The notes beneath the pieces were generated by a model, which saw only the letters and a program-made list of their open reading frames with translations, was not told where the DNA came from and did not search any database. A program made the translations under genes and the position numbers. This document shows positions 9,928 to 20,035 of a stretch of DNA of 64,000 nt, piece after piece (the stretch's first letter is position 1; each line of letters opens with the position of its first letter). Source of the stretch: an uncultured Acidobacteriota bacterium (GTDB lineage: Bacteria > Acidobacteriota > UBA6911); contig CAWEJX010000012.1 in the NCBI GenBank assembly GCA_963809485.1, positions 261,285 through 325,284 of the forward strand, written 5' to 3'.

Positions 9928-10239
9928 GAGCTCTATCCTCCTGTGTGAGTGAACCTGTACAACCCATCTGAGGCCGCGCGATCTATGGCGAGTCGGGCGC
10001 CTCTGGCTTCAGCCGTATGGGCCAAATCTTCGTTGACAAGTCAAATGCCGTCACTGGAATCCGGCATTCATGAAGCAATATTTCTCAATTACGTCGTTTG
10101 CATCCGGCTGCCTGAGTGAGGGCGCTGAAGTGATCTGGTGCAAACATCTTCACAAGCAGCTCCGCAGCACCGCATATACCGCCGCCGGATTAAAAAGAAA
10201 CCGAGCAATATCATATCCTGTAATATTTTGGATTAGCAA
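9928..10239 (-). promoter_or_regulatory. Sigma70-like promoter and conserved long leader, copy 2
   Basis: TTGCTA-18bp-TATGAT on minus strand; shared leader blocks. Confidence 0.55.
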
Positions 10240-10650
10240 GGAATCTTTGGTGAGACCCGAATTTCTTCTGTGAGACTGGCTATTTCGATACATGCCGCCG
10301 GGCGAATATTTCCCAAGCCATAATTGAGGCAGTCTGTGCCGCATTCGATGCCTGGCTGGAAAGCGCGGTGTTTTCTAATCGATCGCAGCTGGAAGGCGTG
10401 GCTTTGGTCCGCCCCGCAGAAGGCGTATAGGAAGGTCCCGCTGGGGCCTGTCAGGCCGGAAAAACCCTGCGGCCTTGAGCATCGAAGCCGCCGAACGCGT
10501 AGCCGCGCACCTGATCCCAGGCCGGCCTTTCAAGGCCGGCCTGGGATTGATTCGAGCAATGCGTCGCCTCAGCACGGAATCAGCCGCCATCCTCGCCCCG
10601 GAATCAAAAAGATTCCGGGGCGAGGACGGCCTTTGCGGCTTTCGTTCACA

Positions 10651-13600
10651 TCAGAACTGAATCCGTGCAACTATCTGGCCTGTACGGCCGACACTGCCCG
10701 GACCCGTGTTGATATATCCGAAGCCCGTGATCGGTTTGCCGTTCGCGTCGACTCTCTGCGTGGCCTGAGCATTCGTTGCAGTCGGATTGGGCACTCGGAT
10801 CCGGTTGAACACGTTGTTGAGTTCAATCCGGATATTAAGCGTGACTTGCTCCACTATCGGGAACGTCCTGCCCAGGCTCATGTTCTCGAGCGGAGCGCGC
10901 CGATACCGGTAATCGCTCAGGTATGCGGCCGTGGTGCCGAACTGGCCGGCAGCCGGATCCGACCAGGCTTTCGGATTCAGCACGAATTCCTTGTTCGGAT
11001 CGAAGCAGCTGGTGCAGTTCAGGTCCGTCGTAAAATACGGCTCCCCCTCCACACGGTTGGCAAACGAGCCCGTGCCGAACGGTACGGCCCCAAAAGAGAA
11101 GTTCATGGGAGTGCTGAGCTTCAACAGGGTCCCGATCTGGTTTTGCGCATAGGGCACGCGGATCGGCGCCCCGCTGGTGTATGTCAGCATCACGCCGTAC
11201 GTCCAGTCGCGGATTATCCACGACACCGCCTTGTTGGTTTCCAGCGCCGGCAGTCGATAGTTCGCCGCGACCACAAGGCGATGCGGCCGCGAGTAGCCGG
11301 ATAGATACTTGTTAACATTCCGGTCCAGCGAGTTGTTGATGGAGGGATTGAGGACGAAGAAAGCAGCGTCTTCGGTCTCTCCCGTGCCCAGGGTGAGCTC
11401 CTTCCCCCAAGTGTACGCGGCCGTCAGATCCAGACCATAGGAATACCGCTTGGTCACCTTCGCCTGCAGCGAGTCGTACCAGGTGTTGCCCTGCGGATTC
11501 CACAAAACATTGATCCCCGTGAATTGCGGGAACGGCCGCAGTGCCTGGTTCACCGTAAGCGCTTTCGAAAATGCCGGATAGGGCGGTGTGCCGAATCCGC
11601 GGTTAATGGCAGTCTGCGAGTCCAGGCGCGAAAGCAACAGGTCCCTGTCCGCTTTAAGATTGATGTCCAGGTGGTTCTTGGCAAGGATTTCGGGCGTAAG
11701 CCGGTTGGGATCGTTGATCGCGGCCGCCTGCCACCACACCCCGCGGTTGCCCACGTAAGCGGCTTCCACCGCCAGGTTCGTCGTGAGCTGGTACTGCAGC
11801 CCGATACTCCACATCATGATCCTGGGCGGACGCCCCGCGTTGTGATCAAACATGGTGAGGAACGACGTCGGCGTCGATGGAATCGCCGGGAATTGCCCCG
11901 GATCGAAGTTCGGCCATGTCGGTTGAATCGGCACGCCATCCTTCAGCAGCATCGCCGGCGTGCCATAGGCCGGAGCCGCAAACGGAACGTTGGATCCAAA
12001 GCGCATCGACCAGAAATTGTTCGGCGCCGTCTGCCCGTAGGAATATCCCCACCCGCCGCGGAATACGGCCTTGGGAGTGACTTGATAAGCAACCCCGAGC
12101 CGGGGACCAAAGGCGTACTTATAGACATTCGCAAACGGACCCGACGTCTGCTCAAATATCACACCCCCGGGCAGGTTGCCCACTGCAGGATTCGGCACTG
12201 CCGCCGAGATGCTCGGAACCCGGCCGTGCTGTTCCCGCAGGTAGCCCTGGTAATCCCAGCGCAAGCCGTAGTCCAGAGTCAGTTTGCGCGTCACCTTCCA
12301 GGTATCCTGCGCGAACAACGCCCAGGCGCTTTTGCCCACCCGGGTTGCTGTCGGCGGACCGATAGCTCCCGTGTCCACCGCGCCCAGCATAAAGCTGGCC
12401 CACGGGAATCCCACCGTGCCTCCGAAAAGATTCTGGCCCTGCGTGGAGGGAAGCCCCGACTCTATCGCATTGAAGGCGAAATAGCCGTTGGAGGGCCAAT
12501 CGAGATACATCGGGTTGCCCGCGAGGCGCAACTCCACACCGAACTTGTACGTGTGGTTCTGTTTGACCCAGGTCAGGCTGGCGTTGGTTGTGGGTTTCTC
12601 CTCATAGAGATTGTACAGCTGGTTGGCGCCCATCCCCCCTGTCGGATTGCCATAGCCCCCAAATGGAGAAAAGATGCCTGTGATGGTGGGGAAAAAGTCC
12701 ACGTAGGTCCCCTTCAGCCCAAGCTCCTCTTCAGTTTTGAATTCAGGCTGACTTTGTGCCCATAGGGTGTGCATGTAGCCCGCGCCAAAATGAAGCAGCA
12801 GTGTCGGACTGAGAGTCTGATCATAGTTCAGGCGAAAAGTATGCGACTTCTGAGGGTTGTCGTACGCCATGCTGCCGGGGAAGTCCAGGCCGTCGTTCAT
12901 CTGCTTGCGGCCGATGGTAAAGGCGTACGACCAGTAGCCGGACAGCTTGATTTTGGGGCTGAAAAAGTGATCGATCTTGACTGCCGGAATGGTCTTGGCA
13001 GAAGGGATAAACTGATTGGGATAGAAGTTGTTGGTTATGGCCGAGTTGGTCGGCATCGGCACCAGCGCCTGGATCTCCGCCGATACCGGATCAAATCGCT
13101 CTACCGGAATCCGGTTGTTTGGAAACGGATCGCGAACTCTCAGGCCATTGACGGTTGTTTCCGTGGCAGGATCGTAGATCGCGTTTTCCCAGATGGGAAC
13201 CGGATTGCCCTTGGTATCCAGAGCGCAATTGGGATTTGCCGGCGGGCAGAGATTTCGTCCCGTCAGGATTGCGCTGAAATCCCCATTTCGCATTGCCACA
13301 GTGGGAATCGTGTTCGGCGTGATGTAGGTCACGGACGTGCGGTACTGTTCGAAATTGAAAAAGAAGAAGGTCTTGTCCCGCCCGTCATAGATGCCGGGAA
13401 GGTAGATGGGCCCTCCAAGGGTGAAACCGTAATCGTTTTTGCGGTCGCGGGGCTTTTGGTTGATGTATGCCCGGTTGGCATTAAACGCTTCATTTACAAA
13501 ATAATCGTAGGCGCTTCCGTGGAGAGCGTTGGTGCCTGATTTTATGGCTGCGTTCATGACGCCGCCGCCCGCCTGCCCGAATTCGGCGGCGAAATTGCTG

Positions 13601-14262
13601 GTCTGAATCGCAAACTCATCAATAGCGTCCACACTCGGCTGCGCCACATATTGAAATCCGCTGTCGATGCCCAGGTTTGCATCCTGACCCTCAATCCTCA
13701 GAGTCTGCGTGCCCGCCGGAGTCCCCTGCAAGCGGATGCTGGTACTGTTCGCGGATCCGCTCGCCGACAGGCCGGGAACCAGGTCCGCGGCAGCGTATGG
13801 AGAGCGCATACCGCCTCCGACTGCCAGGATGGGCAGTTCGTTCAGGCGTTGAGAGGTGACGGTATGGCTCAGGTCGCCGCTCTCCGTCCTCAGCAACGGT
13901 GCGTCGGCATTGACCGTGACGGTTTCGGTGATGTTTCCTACCTCGAGCGCAACATCAACGCGCAGGGTTTGCGCCACGAGCACCGTGATGCCCGTTCGGA
14001 CGTACTGCTTGAATCCTGATGCCGAAACGGATATCTGATAGCTGCCGGCCGGCAGCTGGGCAAGGGTGTAATTGCCCGTGGACGTGCTTTCTACCTGGTA
14101 TAAAGCGCCGGTCTGGGAATTCTTGGCCTCGATCTTGGCGCCCGGTATCACCGCTCCTGCGGGATCCGCGATCGTGCCCGTGATTGTGCCTCGGTCGCTC
14201 TGGGCGAACGCCAATCCGCCCAGCATCAGCAAACATGTGAGTGCTATCAACACTGAACGCAT
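10651..14262 (-). CDS. TonB-dependent receptor (Acidobacteria type), copy B
   Basis: 1203 aa from ATG 14262 (RBS AGGAGG); colinear and nearly identical to copy A. Confidence 0.93.
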   Translation of the reverse strand: MRSVLIALTCLLMLGGLAFAQSDRGTITGTIADPAGAVIPGAKIEAKNSQTGALYQVESTSTGNYTLAQLPAGSYQISVSASGFKQYVRTGITVLVAQTLRVDVALEVGNITETVTVNADAPLLRTESGDLSHTVTSQRLNELPILAVGGGMRSPYAAADLVPGLSASGSANSTSIRLQGTPAGTQTLRIEGQDANLGIDSGFQYVAQPSVDAIDEFAIQTSNFAAEFGQAGGGVMNAAIKSGTNALHGSAYDYFVNEAFNANRAYINQKPRDRKNDYGFTLGGPIYLPGIYDGRDKTFFFFNFEQYRTSVTYITPNTIPTVAMRNGDFSAILTGRNLCPPANPNCALDTKGNPVPIWENAIYDPATETTVNGLRVRDPFPNNRIPVERFDPVSAEIQALVPMPTNSAITNNFYPNQFIPSAKTIPAVKIDHFFSPKIKLSGYWSYAFTIGRKQMNDGLDFPGSMAYDNPQKSHTFRLNYDQTLSPTLLLHFGAGYMHTLWAQSQPEFKTEEELGLKGTYVDFFPTITGIFSPFGGYGNPTGGMGANQLYNLYEEKPTTNASLTWVKQNHTYKFGVELRLAGNPMYLDWPSNGYFAFNAIESGLPSTQGQNLFGGTVGFPWASFMLGAVDTGAIGPPTATRVGKSAWALFAQDTWKVTRKLTLDYGLRWDYQGYLREQHGRVPSISAAVPNPAVGNLPGGVIFEQTSGPFANVYKYAFGPRLGVAYQVTPKAVFRGGWGYSYGQTAPNNFWSMRFGSNVPFAAPAYGTPAMLLKDGVPIQPTWPNFDPGQFPAIPSTPTSFLTMFDHNAGRPPRIMMWSIGLQYQLTTNLAVEAAYVGNRGVWWQAAAINDPNRLTPEILAKNHLDINLKADRDLLLSRLDSQTAINRGFGTPPYPAFSKALTVNQALRPFPQFTGINVLWNPQGNTWYDSLQAKVTKRYSYGLDLTAAYTWGKELTLGTGETEDAAFFVLNPSINNSLDRNVNKYLSGYSRPHRLVVAANYRLPALETNKAVSWIIRDWTYGVMLTYTSGAPIRVPYAQNQIGTLLKLSTPMNFSFGAVPFGTGSFANRVEGEPYFTTDLNCTSCFDPNKEFVLNPKAWSDPAAGQFGTTAAYLSDYRYRRAPLENMSLGRTFPIVEQVTLNIRIELNNVFNRIRVPNPTATNAQATQRVDANGKPITGFGYINTGPGSVGRTGQIVARIQF

Positions 14263-14577
14263 GAGACCTATCCTCCTAGAAGATAATTGGGCTTGTGCGA
14301 CCCATCCGAGGCTTCGGGCTTTATGGCACATCGGGCGCCGTCCCGTTCCAGCAGACAGGCCACTTCTCCAACAGTGATAATATTGAAGCCGCCGCTCGAA
14401 TCCGGTATTCGGGCGGGAATATCTCTCAATTACGTCGTTTGCATCCGGCAGCCTGAACATGGACACCAAAGTCAGCAGGTGCAAAAGCTTCAACGAAGAG
14501 CTTCGCAGCAGGATCTTGACGGCGCCGGATTTTAATCGGTTGCAGCCAGTATAAGATACTTTATAAATATTTGGCAA
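14263..14577 (-). promoter_or_regulatory. Sigma70-like promoter and conserved long leader, copy 3
   Basis: TTGCCA-18bp-TATACT on minus strand; shared leader blocks. Confidence 0.6.
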
Positions 14578-14905
14578 ATATAAAGTACTCCCTTATGGGA
14601 TGGGTATTTCATTTTGGACACTCCACGCATATCGGAAGCTTCTCCTTCTTAGTGCTCGATCTCCGAATTCGACTGCTGTTCGAGATGCCTTGCCATTGTC
14701 ACTTTGTAAGAGCTTATTTTGTTTTCCTTAGGTTGGGTGCGGCAGCTATAAGGCAATCCCCGCGATGCTATTTATTCAGGATGGAAAATCCGGCAGAATA
14801 GAGGGGCGCCACCGATCGTTCCAATGTGCGTGGGTTACCACCAGGATATCGGCAGAAATGGAGCATTTTCATCCTGGCGCCGATATGTAACTCCATACTG
14901 AGGCT

Positions 14906-16666
14906 ATGCGTTCTATGAATGCTTGCTGGAGGATCGACAGGACCCGATTGAGGATTTTTGCACTATTCGCAGCCTTGGCTTGCCTTCCCGTCAGCGCGGG
15001 GCCGGTGACGCAGAGGATACGCTATCGGATCGACGCCGCGGTCGACTACGAACTGCTGACGCTGAAGGGGTCCGCCGAGGTAAGCATTCCGAACGAAGGG
15101 CAGGAAACTCTGCGCGATGCTGTATTTTTCCTCTATGCCAATTCCAAGGGCATCGTCGGCGACGGGCGGCGGAAACACATAGCTGTCGACGGAGTAAGGC
15201 TTGGCACGGAGGCCCTGCCGTTTTCGCTGGATGGCCCGATACTGCGCGTGACGCTGAATACGCCTCAAAGCCGCTCCTTTGCTCTGCGAATCGATTATCA
15301 CGGCGTCGTGCCGCGATCTTCCGGCAACGGCGCGGGATTGACGGGCGCCCTCGGAGGTTTACTCGGCTCCATGAACGGCAACGCAGCGTCCGGGAACAGC
15401 GACTTCGGCCTCTATTGCTACAGCGATGGGATACTCAGCCTTGGATCCTTCTGGTACCCGCAGCTGGCCGTGCGAAAAAACGGGAAATGGGTGGATGAGG
15501 CGCCGGCGGGGCTGGGCGATGTAGCATACTCGGAAGCCAGCGATTTCGATGTCAGCCTTGCGGTCCCGGCGGACGTCAAGGTCATTACCTCAGGCACCCC
15601 ATCCGGGACAGGCCGCTATATCGCCTCGAATGTGCGCGACTTCGCGGTCCTCATGAGTGAGGACTATGTGTGCAAATCAGCATTCATCGAGGCGTCCGGC
15701 AAAAACATAACCGTCGAAGCGTGCGCCACGCGCGGAAATGCGGCGCAGGTCGACCGCTCGCTGGAGGTGGCAGGCCGGGCCCTGCAGATTTACTCGGGCC
15801 GCTTCGGGGAATACCCCTACAAAAACTTCAAGGTGGTGGAAGGAACACTCACCGGCGGGGCAGGCGGAATGGAGTTCTCAGGCATGACGGCCATCGCCCC
15901 GATGCTCTACACGGACTGGAGCACGCAACTCCGCGAGCTGACAGGGATGCTGGGTAACCTGGGCGGTCTGGATAAGCTGCTCGGCGGCCTTAATGCCGGG
16001 CAAGATGGCGGAGCTTCCAGGCAGCAGGCGGACTCCACGCCCCAGAAAACCGCCGGGGATCTTTTCGGCTCAATTCTGGGCCAGAAAAATGCCCTCGATT
16101 CGCTGCTGGAAATGACCATCGCCCATGAGGCTGCGCACCAGTGGTGGGCGATGGCCGTGGGGAGCGACAGCGTGCGCGAGCCGTTTGTTGACGAGAGCTT
16201 GACCAACTATTCGGCGATACTCTATTTTGAAGACCGTTACGGCAGAGAAGCCGCTCAGAAGATGATCGACACACACCTGAAGATGCCATACTCGATGGCG
16301 CGCCTGATGGGACTCCCCGATGCGCCGGCCAACCTCCCGACATCCGCATACGCCAGCAACCTTCAATACAGCGCTATCGTTTATGGAAAGGGTGCGCTTT
16401 ATTACGACGCTTTGAGGCGCGCTGCCGGCGACGAGGCATTTTTCTCTGCTCTGCGCGCCTATTACCAAAAGTATCGCGGTCATCTGGCGGGGCCGCGAAG
16501 CTTTCTCGACCTTGTCAACACAAAGGCGCCTGCGGCGGGCGCCGGAGCATTATACCGGCACTGGATTGAGGAGACAAACGGGGACCAGGACATCTCCGGG
16601 CCGGGAATTATCGGGATTCCGGGAATCCTTGGCGAATTATTGAGGAAAAGCAGCCCGCCGCAATAG
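14906..16666 (+). CDS. M1-family zinc aminopeptidase, probably secreted
   Basis: GGMEF, HEAAH with downstream E (DESLTNY), YGKGA motifs; N-terminal hydrophobic segment. Confidence 0.88.
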   Translation: MRSMNACWRIDRTRLRIFALFAALACLPVSAGPVTQRIRYRIDAAVDYELLTLKGSAEVSIPNEGQETLRDAVFFLYANSKGIVGDGRRKHIAVDGVRLGTEALPFSLDGPILRVTLNTPQSRSFALRIDYHGVVPRSSGNGAGLTGALGGLLGSMNGNAASGNSDFGLYCYSDGILSLGSFWYPQLAVRKNGKWVDEAPAGLGDVAYSEASDFDVSLAVPADVKVITSGTPSGTGRYIASNVRDFAVLMSEDYVCKSAFIEASGKNITVEACATRGNAAQVDRSLEVAGRALQIYSGRFGEYPYKNFKVVEGTLTGGAGGMEFSGMTAIAPMLYTDWSTQLRELTGMLGNLGGLDKLLGGLNAGQDGGASRQQADSTPQKTAGDLFGSILGQKNALDSLLEMTIAHEAAHQWWAMAVGSDSVREPFVDESLTNYSAILYFEDRYGREAAQKMIDTHLKMPYSMARLMGLPDAPANLPTSAYASNLQYSAIVYGKGALYYDALRRAAGDEAFFSALRAYYQKYRGHLAGPRSFLDLVNTKAPAAGAGALYRHWIEETNGDQDISGPGIIGIPGILGELLRKSSPPQ

Positions 16667-16669
16667 GAG

Positions 16670-16711
16670 CCAGTGTTTGTCAGCGTTTTTTTATCAGCGC
16701 ATGTCAGTGTT
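16670..16711 (+). repeat. Four-box TCAGCG array
   Basis: CCAGTG-TCAGCG-TCAGCG-TCAGTG, spacing 10/14/10, between convergent genes. Confidence 0.7.
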
Positions 16712-16788
16712 ATCGGTTCCCGGGAAATTTTCACCCTCCAAATTCGCCGGCAAAACCGCGTATGAACGATGCGCCGAATCCAGACCCA

Positions 16789-18183
16789 TTATTTCTTTCC
16801 CGGCATTCCGCCTGAATACAGCGCGGCGAAATGGAAATCGTACTGCCGGCCTGCCACATAGCAGAGGACGGCGGATATCGTCAGTGGAATCGATATCAGG
16901 GCCAGCAGTGTCCCCAGAGGCAATCTTGCCAGAAGAAGGCCGCCGAGAGAGGGCCCCAGGATGGCCCCGATCCGCGCCACGGCTATGGCCGTGCCGGCGC
17001 CCTGGTTCCTGCAGCTTGACGGATACACGATTGGGGCGAGTATCGTCACATCCATGTGAGCGGAATTGATGAAGAATCCGCTGGCAAAAAGCAATACGAC
17101 AAAGCCCGTCTGCGCCTGGTTGCCCATGAATATGACGCAGACACCGGCAATGACATACAGTACCGATCCCCACCGGAAGCCGACCTTGTCAAAGTAGAAG
17201 CCGCTCAACAGGCAGCCGATGGCGACCAGGACCCCGTTGGTCCCGGTGATAAATGCCGCCGTTGAAGCGGAAAAGCCTTTCACCACGAGCAGTTGCGGCG
17301 CCCAGGAGCCGAAAAAGAAAACCGCGATGGAACTGACCAGGTAAAAGGTCCAGATGACGGGCGTAACCCATGCCAGCCTGCCCGAGAAAAGCTCCTTCAC
17401 AGAACGGCGTTGCTTGCCCGATTCGGCGGAGATAAACCGGGTGCTTTCATCAACCAGGATGCCGGGTCGCAGCTTTTGGACTATCGCGGCAAGAGCCTTC
17501 CTCTGCTTCTCGGTTTTGTATCTGACGGAAAGCCATCGGGCGGATTCGGGAAGCATCAGGATGAGCACGATTATTACGGCGAGGGGGGCAAAGAAACCCA
17601 GAAGGAACAAGGGCCGCCAGCCCACGCTTTGCAGCATGAAGCCGGCAATGTACCCGGCGAGAACAATACCGACCAGAAAGCCCGAATACATGACCGACAC
17701 GTACTTCCCTCGCCCCTTGGAAGGCGAATACTCGCTGGTCAGCGTAATCGCGCATGGCACGGCGCCCCCCAGACCGATCCCGGCGAAGACGCGCATCGGG
17801 ATGAGAGTCTCGAGGGAATGCGAAAAGTAAACGAGCATCGTGGCAACCGAGAAAAGAAACGCTCCAAGGATGAGCGATTTCTTCCGTCCGATAGTATCCG
17901 AGAGAGTGCCGAAAGCCAGTGCGCCGAACAGATACCCCACGAACGCCGCGGAAAATACTCCGCCGAACAGCGCGGTGCCTATATCCCATTCCTTCATTAC
18001 GGTCGGGGCCGCCACCGAAATGATCCCATAATCATACCCATCCATCAGCATGATCAGACCGCACAAGATGACGACACGGATTGAAATACGGTTCAGTCTG
18101 GAATCGTCAATGATTTTCCCAACGTCGATCACCGGCGCTTCTCTGCCGGTCCCGCTTGCATCGGCCTCGCTGATGGTGCCCAT
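16789..18183 (-). CDS. MFS transporter, aromatic acid:H+ symporter (PcaK/BenK-like)
   Basis: DGYD in TM1, GTLSDTIGRK, AGIGLGGA, TSEYSP. Confidence 0.88.
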   Translation of the reverse strand: MGTISEADASGTGREAPVIDVGKIIDDSRLNRISIRVVILCGLIMLMDGYDYGIISVAAPTVMKEWDIGTALFGGVFSAAFVGYLFGALAFGTLSDTIGRKKSLILGAFLFSVATMLVYFSHSLETLIPMRVFAGIGLGGAVPCAITLTSEYSPSKGRGKYVSVMYSGFLVGIVLAGYIAGFMLQSVGWRPLFLLGFFAPLAVIIVLILMLPESARWLSVRYKTEKQRKALAAIVQKLRPGILVDESTRFISAESGKQRRSVKELFSGRLAWVTPVIWTFYLVSSIAVFFFGSWAPQLLVVKGFSASTAAFITGTNGVLVAIGCLLSGFYFDKVGFRWGSVLYVIAGVCVIFMGNQAQTGFVVLLFASGFFINSAHMDVTILAPIVYPSSCRNQGAGTAIAVARIGAILGPSLGGLLLARLPLGTLLALISIPLTISAVLCYVAGRQYDFHFAALYSGGMPGKK

Positions 18184-18341
18184 GGAAAACTCCCCGCATT
18201 TTCAGCTGCGAATTCCATCCCCGGCGGGACCTGCAATCCCGGGGGAGGGATGACTCGCCAAAAGGCCTTCCAGCCGGCAAACGGATGCCGTCCGGCCGCT
18301 GGCGCAGATCCCGGCCGCCTCGATTCTGCCCATCCGTTCCA

Positions 18342-19781
18342 TCAGTGGGTTCCCGTGAGAATTGCGCCCTGCGCCACCAGGATACGCTGGAGTTCGGCAA
18401 CATCGGCCTCCAGCATCCTCGGTGTGATGCCGTGTTTTGCGCAGAGAGCAGCCGCCACACCGGCTGCCTGCCCCGTTACCATCGTTTGCATGAGGAACCG
18501 TTGATAGGCCTCGCGCCGCGTCGAAACCGCCTTGCCTGCAACAAGCAGATTCTCGATTTCCAGGGGAACCAGGCAGCGGTAAGGGATGTCATGCGATCCG
18601 CCGTTGCGGGGGACATCGGGAGGCTTCATGGTTGCCAGGGTTCCCGGGCCCACGACGTGGACGGCGCCGGCCGGGAAAGCGCTCTTGCCTATCACGTCGC
18701 TGAATTTGCGCTCCTCAATCACATCTTCGCCCTTTAAAACGTAGTCGCCCATGATGCGCCGGCCTTCGCGGATCCGCAACTCGGGACAAACCCTGGTAAT
18801 GTAGGCATTCTCAAAACCGGGCAGATACTTTTTGATAAAATTCCAGGCTATCACGACCTGCCTGCGGCATTCGATTTCACCATAGGTCAGGTCCTCGGCG
18901 TCGGTCGCGTCGCAATTCCCGACTTGCGAGGAGTGCTGAAAATGGGCCTGGACGACGCCGCCCTCGCGCGGAATCAGGAAAAAGCCGACACCGCTGTATC
19001 CGTGCCACTCGCCGGTCTCCAGCCCTTTCAACTTGAGGCTCCGGTATCCCATGATTTCACCGAATTCGGCGATGGTGTCGACCTTCCGGATGCGTTCGAC
19101 GAGCTGTTCGAAAGTCCACTGATGCTGCGTGTTCTCCTGGAAGCGCTCGAACTCGAATTCCCGGGGATTGCTTTTGATGTATTCGAGGACTTTGTTCCAG
19201 TCGACCCCATCCGCGGTGAATGCAAGAGAGTGGGGTTCCATCTGTTCTTTGGGCAGGATCTCGTAAGGGGCGCCTGCGCGCGCCGCGACTTCCCCTTCAC
19301 CCGTGCAGTCGATGGTCACCTTGCCCGGAATCATTTGCCGCCCCGACACATTTTCCACCACAACGCCCTTCACGGCATTGCCTTCCTTGACGACATCGAC
19401 GACAAGAGAGCGGAGGAGGAGCTTCACATTGTTTTCGCGCATCATTTCGAAGATCAGCAACCCCCACCAGTCCGGATCCACGTAGGCGAAGGTGTACCAG
19501 CCGCGGAAATCCGGCTCCATATGGGGAATCGCGTGCCCTTCCCTTAGGAGGCGCTCGTGAGTTTCGGCGATGATTCCGCCGATTATGCGTTCTTGCCGTT
19601 CATTGTAAAGATTGGCGTAGGCGAAACCCGGGGGGCCGGAAATGTTCATCTGGCCGCCCAAGGCTCCGACCCGCTCAATGACGATGGTTTTCGCCCCTGT
19701 CCTCGCCGATGCGATTGCCGCGGCTACCCCCGACGTCCCCCCACCGGCCACGATCACGTCATATTCAGCGTTTGCCTGCAT
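18342..19781 (-). CDS. FAD-dependent oxidoreductase
   Basis: DVIVAGGGTSGVAAAIASAR, IDCTGEG, IREGRRIMG, IPYRCLVP...NLLVAG, TGQAAG. Confidence 0.88.
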   Translation of the reverse strand: MQANAEYDVIVAGGGTSGVAAAIASARTGAKTIVIERVGALGGQMNISGPPGFAYANLYNERQERIIGGIIAETHERLLREGHAIPHMEPDFRGWYTFAYVDPDWWGLLIFEMMRENNVKLLLRSLVVDVVKEGNAVKGVVVENVSGRQMIPGKVTIDCTGEGEVAARAGAPYEILPKEQMEPHSLAFTADGVDWNKVLEYIKSNPREFEFERFQENTQHQWTFEQLVERIRKVDTIAEFGEIMGYRSLKLKGLETGEWHGYSGVGFFLIPREGGVVQAHFQHSSQVGNCDATDAEDLTYGEIECRRQVVIAWNFIKKYLPGFENAYITRVCPELRIREGRRIMGDYVLKGEDVIEERKFSDVIGKSAFPAGAVHVVGPGTLATMKPPDVPRNGGSHDIPYRCLVPLEIENLLVAGKAVSTRREAYQRFLMQTMVTGQAAGVAAALCAKHGITPRMLEADVAELQRILVAQGAILTGTH

Positions 19782-20035
19782 GACTACCTCCTTATCGAAT
19801 CGAGGCGTCGAACCGCTTCTCTCGTAAGGCACTTTTTGATACTTGTCAATTTTAATTTACCGCACCATCCCGGCATATTTCGGATCGATTCCCGGGAATG
19901 CGCCTCCCATGATCATGGACGCGAAGTGTGCGGCAGTCAACAATCTCCGGAAAAGCCGGCGCATTACTGATACATTCAGGCTGCTGGAAAATTGCGGGCG
20001 CAGGAGCGGGCGTGGTATCCTCGGGGCCGGCCACG

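Noticed and set aside
9928-10200. Leader as a cobalamin or c-di-GMP riboswitch
   Set aside because: The expected consensus blocks were not found in order; kept as an unknown leader instead.
14263-14577. 105-aa N-terminal extension of receptor B in the ORF track
   Set aside because: The RBS, signal peptide and paralog alignment all place the start at 14262.
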